A DNA stretch of 60,054 nucleotides, the filler included, from an uncultured delta proteobacterium (lineage in GTDB: Bacteria; Desulfobacterota; Desulfobacteria; Desulfobacterales; SG8-13): NCBI GenBank assembly GCA_963848135.1. It is 2 parts of 2 records of this genome, joined end to end, with 100 filler letters (N's around TTAATTAATTAA, not from the genome) between each part and the next. Parts side by side here need not be neighbours in the genome. Positions count along the whole stretch, not along the records: positions 1 to 29,340 come from CAWKCK010000013.1; 1 more part is not named here. One strand, written 5' to 3'. Below, piece by piece: positions 1-10,820 of the stretch. Both the position numbers and the translations under genes were made by a program. Within the stretch, counting starts at the first letter, position 1; each line of letters starts with the position of its first letter. Under the pieces are notes generated by a model. That model had not been told where the DNA came from. It did not search any database and saw only the letters and a program-made list of their open reading frames with translations.

Positions 1-7
1 TGCTAGT

Positions 8-1450
8 TGTCAAATGCCAGGACATCGATGACCCAAGCCTAACGGTAAAAAGTGCCAGGACATCGATGACCCCAAAATTTTAAAGCCAATATTTGGAGGA
101 TTCAGAGCAAAATTTTCCATAAGGTTGAATTAAACATTTTTTTCAGTGCTCAACTGGTAATCAAATGATTCCACCATTTCTTCGCCAAGGTATAATTGTA
201 ATCTTTGTATCTCGGTCACAATCACTGCCTTGATGTACGAATATATCAAGGCTCTTTGAAACTTTGAATTTCTCTCCGAATATATCGAGCAATCGATTGC
301 TTCGAATAAATCGAATGAGAATGATATTGCCATCAGGAACGCTATCAAGGTCTGGCAGTTTTGTATTCGCTCCTAATCGCAACGGCTCAAACCCATTACT
401 TTTTATAATTTCCAGTGGCGTTTTACCTTTTAAATAGCTGTATCGATGATACTTGTTATGAAAGCGCTGAAAGTTTTTGCTCTGCCGTTTTAGATGATTG
501 TAGCTGTTGAACCACTGGCGACGGAAAAATTTCCGATTGTATGTATCATTGAACTTTTCAATAACACCGTTTCGCCAGGGTTCTCCAATCGGAATAAAGA
601 CCGGTTGGACACCAAAGTGAAGACACAGCTTTATGACCAGGCCGGGTGATCTGGGATGTCGGTTGCTACCCCGAAAACTGAGTTCATTGTCGAGCTGCAA
701 ATAATCTGGAATCCCAACTGCTTTCCAGCATCTTAAAAGACCGGAGGCAACCTGGCGATCCTGCTTGGTTCTTTGCGATTCAATGTAAACCTGATGGCTA
801 AACAGGTCGATTACATTGAATGCGTAAAATTTGCCATCGTTCTTTATATATCGGGGTCCAACAAGGTCGGCCTGGTGAATATTATTGAAGTCAAGCGGTT
901 CTTTAAAATACGGATATTCAACGCCCTTGGGAATGTACGAAGTTTTTTTTAACCAGTCCTTCTTTTTTTAGGACTCGATTAATCGTACGATCGGATGGAA
1001 ATCCAAAACCTGACTTCGAAAGTTCCCATTTGATTGCTGAAACACCAATCTGGGCAAATTTCTGCGAATCAAGGCGCGCTCGAACCGAAATGATCCGCTG
1101 TCTGTCAACTTCGCTGATCGCTGCAGGCTGCCTTTTGGGTGCTCTGGACTTGTCCTTGTACCAGTCCGGCTCACCGGTTTGATAACGCTTCAACCACTTG
1201 AAGAACCAATTTTTTGAACGATTAAGCTCCGAATATATGGATTTTGGAGTTGCTCCTTTCAGATAGAGGTTGATAGCTTTTTTACGAAGATCTTGTTCCA
1301 TCTGATACCTCCTTGTTGATAGTTAAACAAATGGGTATCAGATACAACTTGAAACGGATAGGGTCACCGATGTCTTGGCACAATTTGACCCTTAAGGTCA
1401 TCGATGTCCTGGCACTTTTGGGTCATCGATGTATTGGCACCATGAGCTAC
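8..1450 (-). mobile_element. IS481-like insertion sequence with multiple subterminal inverted repeats
   Basis: Left end begins TGT at 8. The 20-bp unit TGCCAGGACATCGATGACCC occurs at 15-34 and 53-72, with inverted copies at 1361-1380, 1395-1414 and 1420-1439. These enclose a DDE transposase. Exact right end uncertain. Confidence 0.8.
130..1301 (-). CDS. DDE (integrase core) transposase, split by frameshifts
   Basis: N-terminal HTH ORF 918-1301. Continues after the A8 run (943-950) in another frame: HQADLVG...QLDNE...GVIEKFN (D-D-E triad). Second 1-nt shift near 250. Confidence 0.8.
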
Positions 1451-2107
1451 GGCCGTTTTCAGGCTTCTGTCCTGATCGAAGCGATATAAGACGGCAACCA
1501 AAACCAGGCTGCTGACCAGCAACCAGATCGGACCGAACAGCCACAACGCCAGTGGCACTGACAGGTAGAACCCGCGCATGCCGATGGTGTAATGCAGCGC
1601 GACGTGATTGATAACCTCGGTAACAGCCGCCGCGGAAACGGTAGAATCATTAAGTTGAAACGTGTTGATCATGAATCCGACGTGATTGTAGTAACGGATA
1701 GCCAGGGTAAAATTAAAGAAAGTGGCAAAAAACAATATGCCCAGCAGCATTAGTTTGAACATCCACAATGTTTCGGTTTTTGTTCCAAGCAGATTGAGCG
1801 CATGCGAAACTTCGCTGAAGACACCCGGCCGAAAAGCGGCGCTGAACGAGCCAAGACAGATAAGAAGCGCGGTAGACGCTAAAAAGGTAGCAGCCATCAC
1901 CTGATTGCGCAGCGTCTGGACCGCCAGGATGTCGCGTTTGTCTTTCATGACGCCATTAACCCACATCTGCCGCGCGTGATTCGTAATGCCGATGGCCGTG
2001 GTCAGGGGGTTCCGGCGATAAGTGATATACAGATGCGTGTGGTAGACGATGATAACGACGGCAGTTGTTGCAACCAGAATCGTTTCGTACAAAGAAATTA
2101 TGGACAT
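1364..2107 (-). CDS. DUF599 family membrane protein (copy 1; 3' end altered, reads through into the IS end)
   Basis: ILAVQTLRN and GMRGFY motifs; identical to 30140-30784 up to ...VLYR. Confidence 0.8.
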   Translation of the reverse strand: MSIISLYETILVATTAVVIIVYHTHLYITYRRNPLTTAIGITNHARQMWVNGVMKDKRDILAVQTLRNQVMAATFLASTALLICLGSFSAAFRPGVFSEVSHALNLLGTKTETLWMFKLMLLGILFFATFFNFTLAIRYYNHVGFMINTFQLNDSTVSAAAVTEVINHVALHYTIGMRGFYLSVPLALWLFGPIWLLVSSLVLVAVLYRFDQDRSLKTAVAHGANTSMTQKCQDIDDLKGQIVPRHR

Positions 2108-2208
2108 ATTTGGCTTCCGGTATGAAAGAGGTTGTTAAAATATTGCTATAATGACTATTTAAACCGCAGTCCCCGTTTATGTGCAAGTGCTATAAACCTA
2201 AAGTGAGC

Positions 2209-2285
2209 GTTTCAAATTTTAAATGGAGGGGGAACGGCTTTATTTATAAGGAATTCTATCAGAGTTAGATTTTAAAATTTGAAAC
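2209..2285. repeat. 15-bp perfect inverted repeat GTTTCAAATTTTAAA with 47-bp spacer
   Basis: Arms at 2209-2223 and 2271-2285; same in copy 2 (30886-30962). Confidence 0.7.
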
Positions 2286-2292
2286 CCATCTG

Positions 2293-2392
2293 GATTGCCG
2301 ATCTTGCCGCATCTAAGGCGTCATATGCCCTCCCGCATAGCTGACTATAGCGGAATGACATCTTCCTTGTACCTGCAGCAACCTCGACAATC
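2293..2392. repeat. ~100-bp degenerate palindrome (REP/MITE-like)
   Basis: Nested pairs GATTGCCGA/TCGACAATC, TTGCCGCA/TGCAGCAA, GTCAT/ATGAC, CCGCATAG/CTATAGCGG. Confidence 0.65.
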
Positions 2393-2738
2393 GCTCAAAT
2401 TAGGATAAAAGTATCAAATTACGGTTTTCCATGATTCCTTGGTGAACGATGAATTGGAAGGAACCCCTGCCTAACTTTTCGGTTATTAAAATATGTTGCC
2501 CGAATGTCATTTGCAGAGTGATCAGGCTGAAGTCTATGGCATGTGTTGCCGGAGGTTAAACGAATAGTTTTGGCTCAACGAAACCTCAAGACATTCATGA
2601 GGGTGAAAAGAGTATTTTGAAGAATACTCCCGGTGTGAGAACCAAGAATACCCAACGTTTACCTATTTGATAAACCATCGTGATTGGCGGGCTTACGAAG
2701 CCTTAAAATTGTCAGAAAAACAGCTTAACTTATTTATT

Positions 2739-3457
2739 TTATGGCGAGTTTGATGAAAAACTTTGCAATTCATTGCACGCCTCCTGATTGTCCAATGAAC
2801 ATGCGTTCTTAAGCGCTTTGGTCATTCTGCTAATCGCATCCATGCCATAGAAGGCGATTGCTTTTGCCAGGAAAACATCGCCCCAGTTTGGATATTTTTT
2901 TCAAGATGATCTAAATAAATAATAGAAATTCGCCATTGCTTATCCCCGATATATCGGTAAGCCCTTGACAATTCTTCTGCTGGAGCGATGACAGCCAGAA
3001 CAGGCTGCTCCATTTCTTCACTGTATGAAAAATTTGATTCTTTTTTTTCGAACTCCAAGTTTTTAATCTGAGCCTTAATGAAGTCTACGCTTGTTACTTC
3101 AGAATTTATTTTGACATAATATGAATTGATCTCTTTTTTAAAATTTTCATCAATTATCGATCCTTTTATCTCAGTTGTGGTGAGACAGAATATTTCGTTC
3201 TGTTTATTTTCGTAATGCTCCAACAATCCTTTATGCGTTAGATATTTGGCGGCTAAATGGACAGCCTTGAGCTTCGCACCAAACAAGGCCAGAGCTCTTG
3301 ATTTTTCCTTTGAATCTTCATCTCCCAATCTATAAGTAAATTCAGTAGTTACTTTTATTATATCATCCTTTTTCTTATCGCTGGCACTGCAGGGGATATC
3401 AGATATTAAAAAAGCTGACAACAAAAGCAGACTGATTTTTTTGGAACTGAATGACAT
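2739..3457 (-). pseudogene. Exported hypothetical protein with TPR-like C-terminus, frameshifted (copy 1)
   Basis: Homologue of intact 31416-32132; T7 instead of T8 run near 2900. Confidence 0.65.
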
Positions 3458-3528
3458 TGGTCTAATCCTTTATATAAAAAAAGGTTTACCTATAAGGCCA
3501 TGAACCATAAAAGTAGCGTTTTACTTCT

Positions 3529-4635
3529 TTATTTGAACATTAGTGCGGCAGCGATGTGCTTTACAGCTGTCACGGCATCCCGGACGGCCGTGAAAATTAA
3601 GTTGGAATGTTTCCTTTCTTTGAAATTGCCCTCTTCCTGGATTTCGATGTAGGCCGGGCTGATGGCGCCACCGATGGCGTAAATGCCTTTGATGCTGGTC
3701 TGAAAGTCAGTGGTCAACATGATCAGGCGATCACCGGTCTTACCGATTCGACAAACCCCCTCGGTGCAGGTGATTTGCTGTAGTCCGAGTCGGTCGTAAA
3801 CCGGCGAAGGCCCCTGGGTGCCGATGCAGGCGATTACGTGCTTCATGGGAAAACTCATTCCCTGCTGCAGTTCGACACCACCGCCAAGAGGCAATTCCTG
3901 GGTCTGAATAATCAGCCGATCCACGCCCTCGTCATCCACCTCGCCGATCTTGGGAATAGCCCCCTGCAGAATCTTGATGTTTCCCCCTAGCAGAATCTCT
4001 TCCCCCAGATCCCGTGCCACATCCTTGTTTATTTTGAAATTTTCCGCACGGTTGCCCCAGTAAACCGGGGTGAAATCTTCCGCGGAGCGTTTGGCCTTCG
4101 AGAGGGTCGAAACGACGTCTGCGGCGGCATTGCCGCCCCCCAAGACGAGGGTGGGTGCCCCGAGGTGATCATCCGGATTGTCCAATTTCCTGGCAACCGT
4201 TTTGGCCTCACCGTATACCCCGAGATCCACCGGAATATTGCTGCCGAAGGCCAATATAACGTGGGCGGCCAGGTACTGATTCTCCTGGGTAACAACGGTA
4301 TAACCACCTTGACTTTTTGAAATTGTGGTGAACTCTTCTCCCAGGCGGATGTCGATCCTGTGCTTTTTGATGCTCGCCTCGATCTTTGCAAGGTATTCCT
4401 CAACCGGTCTATTGGTTCCATCAGGCGTGAGATCTTCGACAGGAAATGGACCGGATTCTCCCTTAGGAATAGTCGGGTATACTTTCTTTCCCCGGGGGTA
4501 TGAATCGATGATTCCCTGGAAGACCCTGGGGCCTTTTTCCAAAAGAATATAGCTAAGACCGAATTCAACAGCTTTCAAAGCACAGGCCAAGCCGCCAGGG
4601 CCCGCCCCGATGATGGCAATGTCGTATGCTGCCAT
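3529..4635 (-). CDS. Thioredoxin-reductase-like NAD(P)/FAD-dependent oxidoreductase
   Basis: IIGAGPGG FAD motif, LGGGNAA NAD(P) motif, TSIKGIYAIG; no canonical CxxC. Confidence 0.8.
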   Translation of the reverse strand: MAAYDIAIIGAGPGGLACALKAVEFGLSYILLEKGPRVFQGIIDSYPRGKKVYPTIPKGESGPFPVEDLTPDGTNRPVEEYLAKIEASIKKHRIDIRLGEEFTTISKSQGGYTVVTQENQYLAAHVILAFGSNIPVDLGVYGEAKTVARKLDNPDDHLGAPTLVLGGGNAAADVVSTLSKAKRSAEDFTPVYWGNRAENFKINKDVARDLGEEILLGGNIKILQGAIPKIGEVDDEGVDRLIIQTQELPLGGGVELQQGMSFPMKHVIACIGTQGPSPVYDRLGLQQITCTEGVCRIGKTGDRLIMLTTDFQTSIKGIYAIGGAISPAYIEIQEEGNFKERKHSNLIFTAVRDAVTAVKHIAAALMFK

Positions 4636-4779
4636 GGTGGGTTCCTCCCCTTGATCGATGCTAATTTGAGTTTCGCATGCCCCGCACCTGCACGCAAGGG
4701 GTTTGTGTCAAACAGGCGTCTCTCGATAATAAATGACATTACGGTTTAGAGTGAGTTTCGTGGGGGGGGGACAGGGGCA

Positions 4780-4960
4780 TTTCACCGGAAAACTGATGGT
4801 GCTGAGGATACAAGCGGTGTTGAGAATGCAAGTTTCGCCGGGATAAATTTCATTCAGTGTGATTCCCCGAACGGTTTCACCGATTTTGTAAACACGTATT
4901 TCCCGGACAGAACGAAAGCAATACCAGGGCATCTGTCGCCTTCAAGATAGAGTTGGGTAT
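4780..4960 (-). pseudogene. Crp/Fnr family regulator remnant (cNMP-binding domain fragment)
   Basis: YLEGDRCPGIAFVLSG/EIRVYKIGETVRGITLNEIYPGETCILNTACILS; no HTH follows. Confidence 0.7.
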
Positions 4961-5021
4961 AATAGAAAAAGGACAGGAAAAATTCGATAGTATTGTATCA
5001 ACAAGTGACGGATTGCCGTCT

Positions 5022-5252
5022 TTAAATATTGTAAAAGCGATTAAAAATATCCTCTACGATCCTTATGGGTTGGTTGGCGTATAATTGCGGTTGTTTGGTT
5101 ACCAATACGAGCTGATCGAAACACTCTTCCAGGACGCTCAAGATCCGGTCAAAAAACGATCGCCCGCCGAGCTCGAGGAAGGCCCTGTTGCGTCCGCCCA
5201 TGCGGCTGTTCAACCCACCGGAAAGTATGATTCCCGCACAGGTGGTTTGCAT
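5022..5252 (-). pseudogene. mobA: Truncated molybdenum cofactor guanylyltransferase (N-terminal 76 aa)
   Basis: GIILSGGLNSRMGG motif; ends after ...IVEDIF. Confidence 0.8.
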
Positions 5253-5317
5253 AAAAAAGGCCTCGAACCGGTAGATTATTTAAGAGTGTAACGCCGGATC
5301 GAATCCGCCGCCCAGCA

Positions 5318-6527
5318 TCATTTCAACAGTTGGACACCTACCGTCGCACCGTCTTCATAGCGGCTAACACCTTCCGGTATCAGTAAAAGCGCCTCGGCGG
5401 CGGCAATGTTTTTCAAGCGGCTGATATCTTCCGTCGGAGAGAATATACTTTGACCATCTTTCCGATTCAAGCATCCGAAAATCGCCTGGGTCCAGTCCGC
5501 TTGCCCCTCGATCGTTTGGTCCAATTGAGCTTGAACTCTGGGAAGATACACATCAGGGTGGCCACAGAGTTTCCGCAGGGCCGGCAGAACGATCTGAAGA
5601 AAGGCTACCAGATTGGACGGCGGTCCTCCCGGCAATATGAACACGGGTTTGCCATTCAACAACCCAAATCCGACCGCTTTACCCGGTCCAAGCCGAACAT
5701 GATGGTACGATTTTTCCCACCCCAAATTGTCCAGAACCCGGACCATGAGATCCCGGTCTCCAGTCCACGCTCCACCGCTGGTGACCAGGGCGTCGTATCC
5801 TCTATCGCACGCTTTATGGTTTTCTCGAGTTGGTTTATATCATCGGGTACATGAAACACTCCGGAAATCAACCCGTAGCGGTGGCACCAGCCATTTAACG
5901 TCAACAAGTTGCTCGCATATATTTTCCCGTCCAGGGAACGCTTCCGGGCAACATGATTTCATCTCCCGAAGCAATAAGGGCCACTGTCGGCGGATAAAAC
6001 ACATGAAGGTTTGCAATCCCTCCGGCCGCGAGCAAACCGATCCTCCCAGGGGTAAGAGATGTCCCCGCGGATACGACGAGATCTCCTCGGACAACATCGC
6101 TGCCCATTGGAAGAATGTTTCGGCCGACGAATTCAGGTTCTGTAATACGTATACTACTGCCAGAAATAGTGACGAATTCTTCGGCTATGACCGTGTCGGC
6201 ACCTTCCGGAATCTGGGCGCCGGTGAGGATCCTCACGGTTGTTCCGGGTTGCACCGCAATTTCAGTTGCCTCCCCTGCCGCCAGCATGCCGCAAAGGACG
6301 AGATCCACGGGTGTCTTATCTGTTGCATCGCGGGTATCGGCCACCCGGATGGCATAGCCGTCCTTCATGGAAACGTTCGCCGAAGGCGAATCGACTTCGG
6401 ACACCGCATCACTGGCCGTCACCAGCCCGGTACACTCCAAGAGTGAAACAAGTGTTTTGGTCGGTTCGGGCATGCGGTTGAACGTACGCTCGAGGGCCTC
6501 CTGCAACCCTATAAAACCATTCCTCAA
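5318..6527 (-). pseudogene. moeA: Molybdopterin molybdotransferase, two frameshifts (copy 1)
   Basis: SMKDGYA, ILTGAQIPEGADTV, SGDE, PGK, LPG motifs; 1-nt deletions near 5798 and 5931 relative to 33993-35204. Confidence 0.8.
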
Positions 6528-6632
6528 TTCAGAACTCCATTTTCATTTTCAGACATATAAAAACCTATCACGATTTGTTTACGATCATTTAGGGTAAAAA
6601 CACTCTTGAGCATAACAGAATCGCCCTGATGG

Positions 6633-7565
6633 TCAGGCAGACATCGCCTCTGAATATTCAGCGCAGCATATTGAAAAATCGTTCATTCCGGCTCTATTGA
6701 CTCGCGTCACGTCACTGTCGAAATCGAAGAGAGCATCCACCTCTTCGATCCAGCGGGTATAGGCTAGCCGGTTGGCCTGCTCCAGGCGCACGAAGAAAGT
6801 GCGATCGACAATTCCTTTTTGGACGGCATGTTCTTTCAGCCGACGAATGATTTCACGTCCATCAACCATCTGGCTGCAGGCATCGGTACATCGCCCGCAG
6901 TCAAGGCACAACCAGATGGCCGGATCATTTAGCAATTCATCTATCAAGCCCAGGTTGAACATTCGAAACAAGGTGCGCGGATCGAACACGCTTCTTTCGC
7001 ATGCAGCCGGGCAAGCACTGCTGCATTCGCCGCATGTAAAGCACGCCATCGCTCTTGCTGGATCTATGTCTTTGAAACGGCTGATCGAATAGTTCTTAGG
7101 TATTTTTGCTCGAGATTCCTTAATTGGCGTAAGCAGCCAATGGCACCATTGCCGATCCGAAATCGAATTCAACTCTCCTCGGAGCACGCTGCCAACAATA
7201 TGATTTCGAACCCGTTGGAAACGCTCGAACAGCATTCTGTAAGAACGATACCTCTCGATGGAGATCAGGTTTCTTTCCAATGCGATCCGGCGTATGTGGG
7301 AAATGAGCTCTGAAGGCTGTACAGTGTTGGGGCAAATCTGACGGCACCGCCGACAGCTCTGGCAATACCAGATATCAGGTTCGTGAAGCAACTCCTCAAT
7401 CATACCGAAATTCGCCATCCGCACCAGTTTCTGAGGCCGCAGTTTGCCAGTAGCGATATTGACCGGACATTCGAAATCACAAGAACCGCAAGTCCAGCAG
7501 CGATTAATATCGGCTTTGGCCCCTTGATCGATAAATTTTCTTAAGCCGGCATCGGGTGTCAACAT
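6633..7565 (-). CDS. HdrC-like 4Fe-4S protein with two tandem dicluster domains
   Basis: Four CxxCxxCxxxC motifs with IWYC/IWLC context; start chosen at ATG preceded by GGAG. Confidence 0.75.
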   Translation of the reverse strand: MLTPDAGLRKFIDQGAKADINRCWTCGSCDFECPVNIATGKLRPQKLVRMANFGMIEELLHEPDIWYCQSCRRCRQICPNTVQPSELISHIRRIALERNLISIERYRSYRMLFERFQRVRNHIVGSVLRGELNSISDRQWCHWLLTPIKESRAKIPKNYSISRFKDIDPARAMACFTCGECSSACPAACERSVFDPRTLFRMFNLGLIDELLNDPAIWLCLDCGRCTDACSQMVDGREIIRRLKEHAVQKGIVDRTFFVRLEQANRLAYTRWIEEVDALFDFDSDVTRVNRAGMNDFSICCAEYSEAMSA

Positions 7566-7739
7566 CGATTTCAAGTCTCCAAATTTGAGTAGCATCGGCG
7601 CTATTGTCCTCCACTCACCCTTGAATATCAAGCAGGTTTGTCATCCTTTTATTCTCAATGCGTTGAAATTCCATACTAAAATTATATATCTCGCCGATAC
7701 AGCTTAAAAATAAGGAGAAAAAAATCACCAGGATTAAAA

Positions 7740-8538
7740 TTCCATATATATTTCCCCTCATGTGCGACCGGATCAACTTGGCCCGTACATAGACCCTGCC
7801 ACGAGCCCAGAAGATCCACCGCAGACATGCCGGGGGGAACCAAGCGCTCGATGTGCGATGGTACTATAAAAAACCACCCCGGCGAAAGACGTCATGAAAT
7901 TTGCGGCCAGTACAGCACCCGCAACCGGGTAAATCGGCAGATGAATGAAAAGAACCAGAAAAGGTGCGATGATGGCCCCCCCGCCGATACCGTAAATACC
8001 GCCGACGATGCCAACCCCTAATGCGAGAAAAAATCTCACGCGCACGGTGGAAAAATGCGTTTCTCACGAAACACGAACCCGATTTTATTTGAATCGCTGG
8101 TGACATTACATGTCTGAAACGATTCCGTTCTAAATATATCCGGTCTTTTCGGGGTTGTCGCTAAATCTTTCAGCAGTCGAAGCCCTACGAACAACAGAAC
8201 GATTCCTACAAAAAACTTGAAAAACAAGAGGATCCGGCAAGAATCTTACTCTATGGAGGTCACCGGATCGGCGAAGTGGCTGCCAGCGGCCAGACCATGC
8301 GCTTTTCTTTAAAATACCGCAGGACGCCTCCGGGGGTACCAACAACATTGTAAAGCAAATTGGTCGAACTGACCGCAGGTGATACAAAACCGAGAACGCT
8401 GACCTGAAACGGAAGTAGGAGAAAAGCACCTGAAATGCCGGTCATCGAAGTGAAAAAGGAGATGACAAAAGCAGCGATCGGAGAACCAAGGCGAATATTT
8501 CAATTCCGGCAACCGGAAAATACATTTGTAGGCTCCAT
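7740..8538 (-). pseudogene. TauE/SafE family exporter, fragmented
   Basis: Pieces TSMTGISGAFLLLPFQVS and GIVGGIYGIGGGAIIAPF in several frames. Confidence 0.75.
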
Positions 8539-8603
8539 AAAACTCTCTCTATACATTTTTACCGTCGGATCGGATGATTTTTCGATGGGCTGGGTGCAAC
8601 CTC

Positions 8604-9206
8604 TCAGCTACAAACAGCCTGTCTGCAGATGTTTTCCTTATGGTATTCCGGGAGCAGCCGTGTCAGGATGAAAGCGCAGAGGCCTTCAGCGTCGTCCGGC
8701 AAATACCGCGGAATACCCCAATTTAGTGGTGATCCGCTGACGACCGCTACCAGATGTCGGTCACCCTTGCAGGCTGGTGGTTTTTTGTTTTCAGGGCGAA
8801 AGACCTCGATCTTCGGCAATTCGGCCCTTTTGAATCCTTCCACCAGAACAATGTCCATCCCTCGCATCAGAGGCAGCAATTCCAGCGGCTGGTGGTCATG
8901 GTCTACATCCATGACCATTCCGATCTGTTTCGGCGATGTCACGATGGTCGTAGCGGCACCCGCCCGTTTGTGACGCCAGCTGTCTTTGCCCGGTTGGTCC
9001 ATTTCGAATCCATGGACATCGTGTTTGATGGTTCCCACCCTGAGTCCGCGACGCCTTAGAGCTGCAACCAGATCGACTGTCACCGTCGTTTTGCCAGAAC
9101 CGGAATATCCTACAATACACAACACCGGTGGCAATTTTTCGCGGCTGACAGTCGAAAAATCGGCAGGAACATCATTTTTCGTACAAGAAACGATTTTCAT
9201 CCTCAT
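8604..9206 (-). CDS. mobB: Molybdopterin-guanine dinucleotide biosynthesis protein B
   Basis: GYSGSGKTT, IKHDVHGF, DQPGKDSWRH, LVEGFK. Confidence 0.92.
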   Translation of the reverse strand: MRMKIVSCTKNDVPADFSTVSREKLPPVLCIVGYSGSGKTTVTVDLVAALRRRGLRVGTIKHDVHGFEMDQPGKDSWRHKRAGAATTIVTSPKQIGMVMDVDHDHQPLELLPLMRGMDIVLVEGFKRAELPKIEVFRPENKKPPACKGDRHLVAVVSGSPLNWGIPRYLPDDAEGLCAFILTRLLPEYHKENICRQAVCS

Positions 9207-9341
9207 CCTCCAATAGCATACATACCGCGATCGTGCGCTGGTCTAAAACTCAACCGGTCCAGTTCGTGGCGTTTGGGTTTAGCGGCAACGGCGTTGCGGA
9301 TGATTGTCATCTTTCCTTCCGTAAGGATCGACTATGGCCAT
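9203..9341 (-). pseudogene. moaA: moaA remnant with ~860-bp internal deletion
   Basis: MAIVDPYGRK joined out of frame to ...NAVAAKPKRH...RGMYAIGG*; compare 37708-38703. Confidence 0.85.
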
Positions 9342-9456
9342 CGCGGTTCACTATCCTTCATTAGAACCCATCTCAAAAATATTCTAAGATCCCATGGCTG
9401 TGTTACGAACCGGCTCAAAATGCTCACATACCGCTTGTATGTTTAAACTTTTTATC

Positions 9457-9745
9457 TATATGAGCCCTCGGGGAGTTTTCACCATCCGGTAGCGGAGGGA
9501 ATAATCAGCGACTTCAACGCGCAAACTCATGCATGAGGCAACCTAAGGAAAGAACAGATTTCATAATGATATAAAACTGTTGAGATTGGTTCACTTATTG
9601 TGATCCGACTCTGATAACCGGGGTTCCCGCTGTTCTTTCCCAAAGTTGCCTAATGCATTCGGACAGTGCACGCTTTCGCTGCTGATCACTCCCTCCGCTC
9701 TGGTTCAGCATTTGCGGGAAAAACTCCCCGCCCCTGATCTATATA
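9457..9745. repeat. Long imperfect inverted repeat (~100-115 bp arms)
   Basis: GGGGAGT..AGCGGAGGGA..ATCAGC..ATGCAT..AGGCAAC..GGAAAGAACAG, mirrored from 9630 onward. Confidence 0.7.
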
Positions 9746-9759
9746 CAATGTTCTTTTAG

Positions 9760-10794
9760 TTACAGTCCCTTACCAAACGGGCAGAGAGGATAAGCACACT
9801 CCGGGCAATCCTTGCACAGGCCGCCGTGGCCGATAAATGCCAGCTCTTTCTTGCCAACCTTTTCTCCAGACAGAATCCGCGGTAAAACCAAGTCCAGCAC
9901 GGTGATGCGGTGGTGGAGCCCACAAGCCGGCACGCCTATAAGCGGTATTTCCCCTCCGATATATGCCGTCAGAAACATGGCACCGGGCAGAGCTGCTGCT
10001 CCGTAGTAAACTTCATCGGCTCCGGCGCGTCTGATCGCCGTGCGGGTGACATCGTAGGGATCGACACTCATGCCACCGCTCAGCAGCAGTAAATCGCAGC
10101 CTTTGTCAAGCAAAGTTTGGATCGCGTCTATTATCATTTCCACATCATCCGGGGCAAAAATAATGTCGATCACTTCGGACCCAAGGTCCGTAATCTTGGC
10201 GCTGAGTGTCGGAGCGAATTTATCTTCGATCAACCCCTGATAGACTTCGCTACCGGTGATTACCAAACCGGCTTTGGCTTTGCGCAATGATTTGACGGAA
10301 ACGACCCCGCCGTGCTGAGTAGCAATGGCGGCTGCCCGTTCGATTGGAGCGCGCTTCATAACCAGTGGTATCGCCCGGGTGGCTGCCACCAATTCGCCCT
10401 TCTTGACCAGCGTGTTGCTGTGGAGGGTTGCGCACATAACCTCATCCACCATGTTGAAAGCAGCTAATGCTGCCGTGTCCACGGATAGCAAACCATCGAA
10501 GACAGCGTGCAGACCTATCTTGCCTTCCTTCGGATCGTCACGCCACTCGATTCCCCGTCCGGCCAATCCTTTGGCCAGTAACGAAGCCGCCTGGTTTTCA
10601 TGGATTTCGTCATCTTCCAGGTCAATGAGATATAAGTGGTTTTTTCCGAGTTTTTGAAGATGGCAGATGTCATCATTGCATACCGTATGGCCTTTGCGGA
10701 AAGCCGGGCCCTTGAACTCGCCGGGACGTATTTCGGTAATGTCGTGGGCCAGTTCGGTGCCAATGGCATTTTTGACGTCAATTTTTTTTAACAC
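9760..10794 (-). CDS. Molybdopterin-binding protein (MoeA-like family)
   Basis: LAHDITEIRPG, TGSEVY, SGGMSVDP, LPGAM motifs; C-terminal CxxCxxCxxxxCP. Confidence 0.8.
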   Translation of the reverse strand: MLKKIDVKNAIGTELAHDITEIRPGEFKGPAFRKGHTVCNDDICHLQKLGKNHLYLIDLEDDEIHENQAASLLAKGLAGRGIEWRDDPKEGKIGLHAVFDGLLSVDTAALAAFNMVDEVMCATLHSNTLVKKGELVAATRAIPLVMKRAPIERAAAIATQHGGVVSVKSLRKAKAGLVITGSEVYQGLIEDKFAPTLSAKITDLGSEVIDIIFAPDDVEMIIDAIQTLLDKGCDLLLLSGGMSVDPYDVTRTAIRRAGADEVYYGAAALPGAMFLTAYIGGEIPLIGVPACGLHHRITVLDLVLPRILSGEKVGKKELAFIGHGGLCKDCPECAYPLCPFGKGL

Positions 10795-10820
10795 GGCTGT
10801 TCTCCTCGCTACGAAAATCC

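Noticed and set aside
15..72. Repeated 20-mers resembling a CRISPR array
   Set aside because: Only 2-3 units with short uneven spacers, inverted at the two ends of a transposase; no cas genes.
1364..1480. C-terminal extension of DUF599 copy 1
   Set aside because: Read-through into IS end repeats after a 3' indel, not a real domain.
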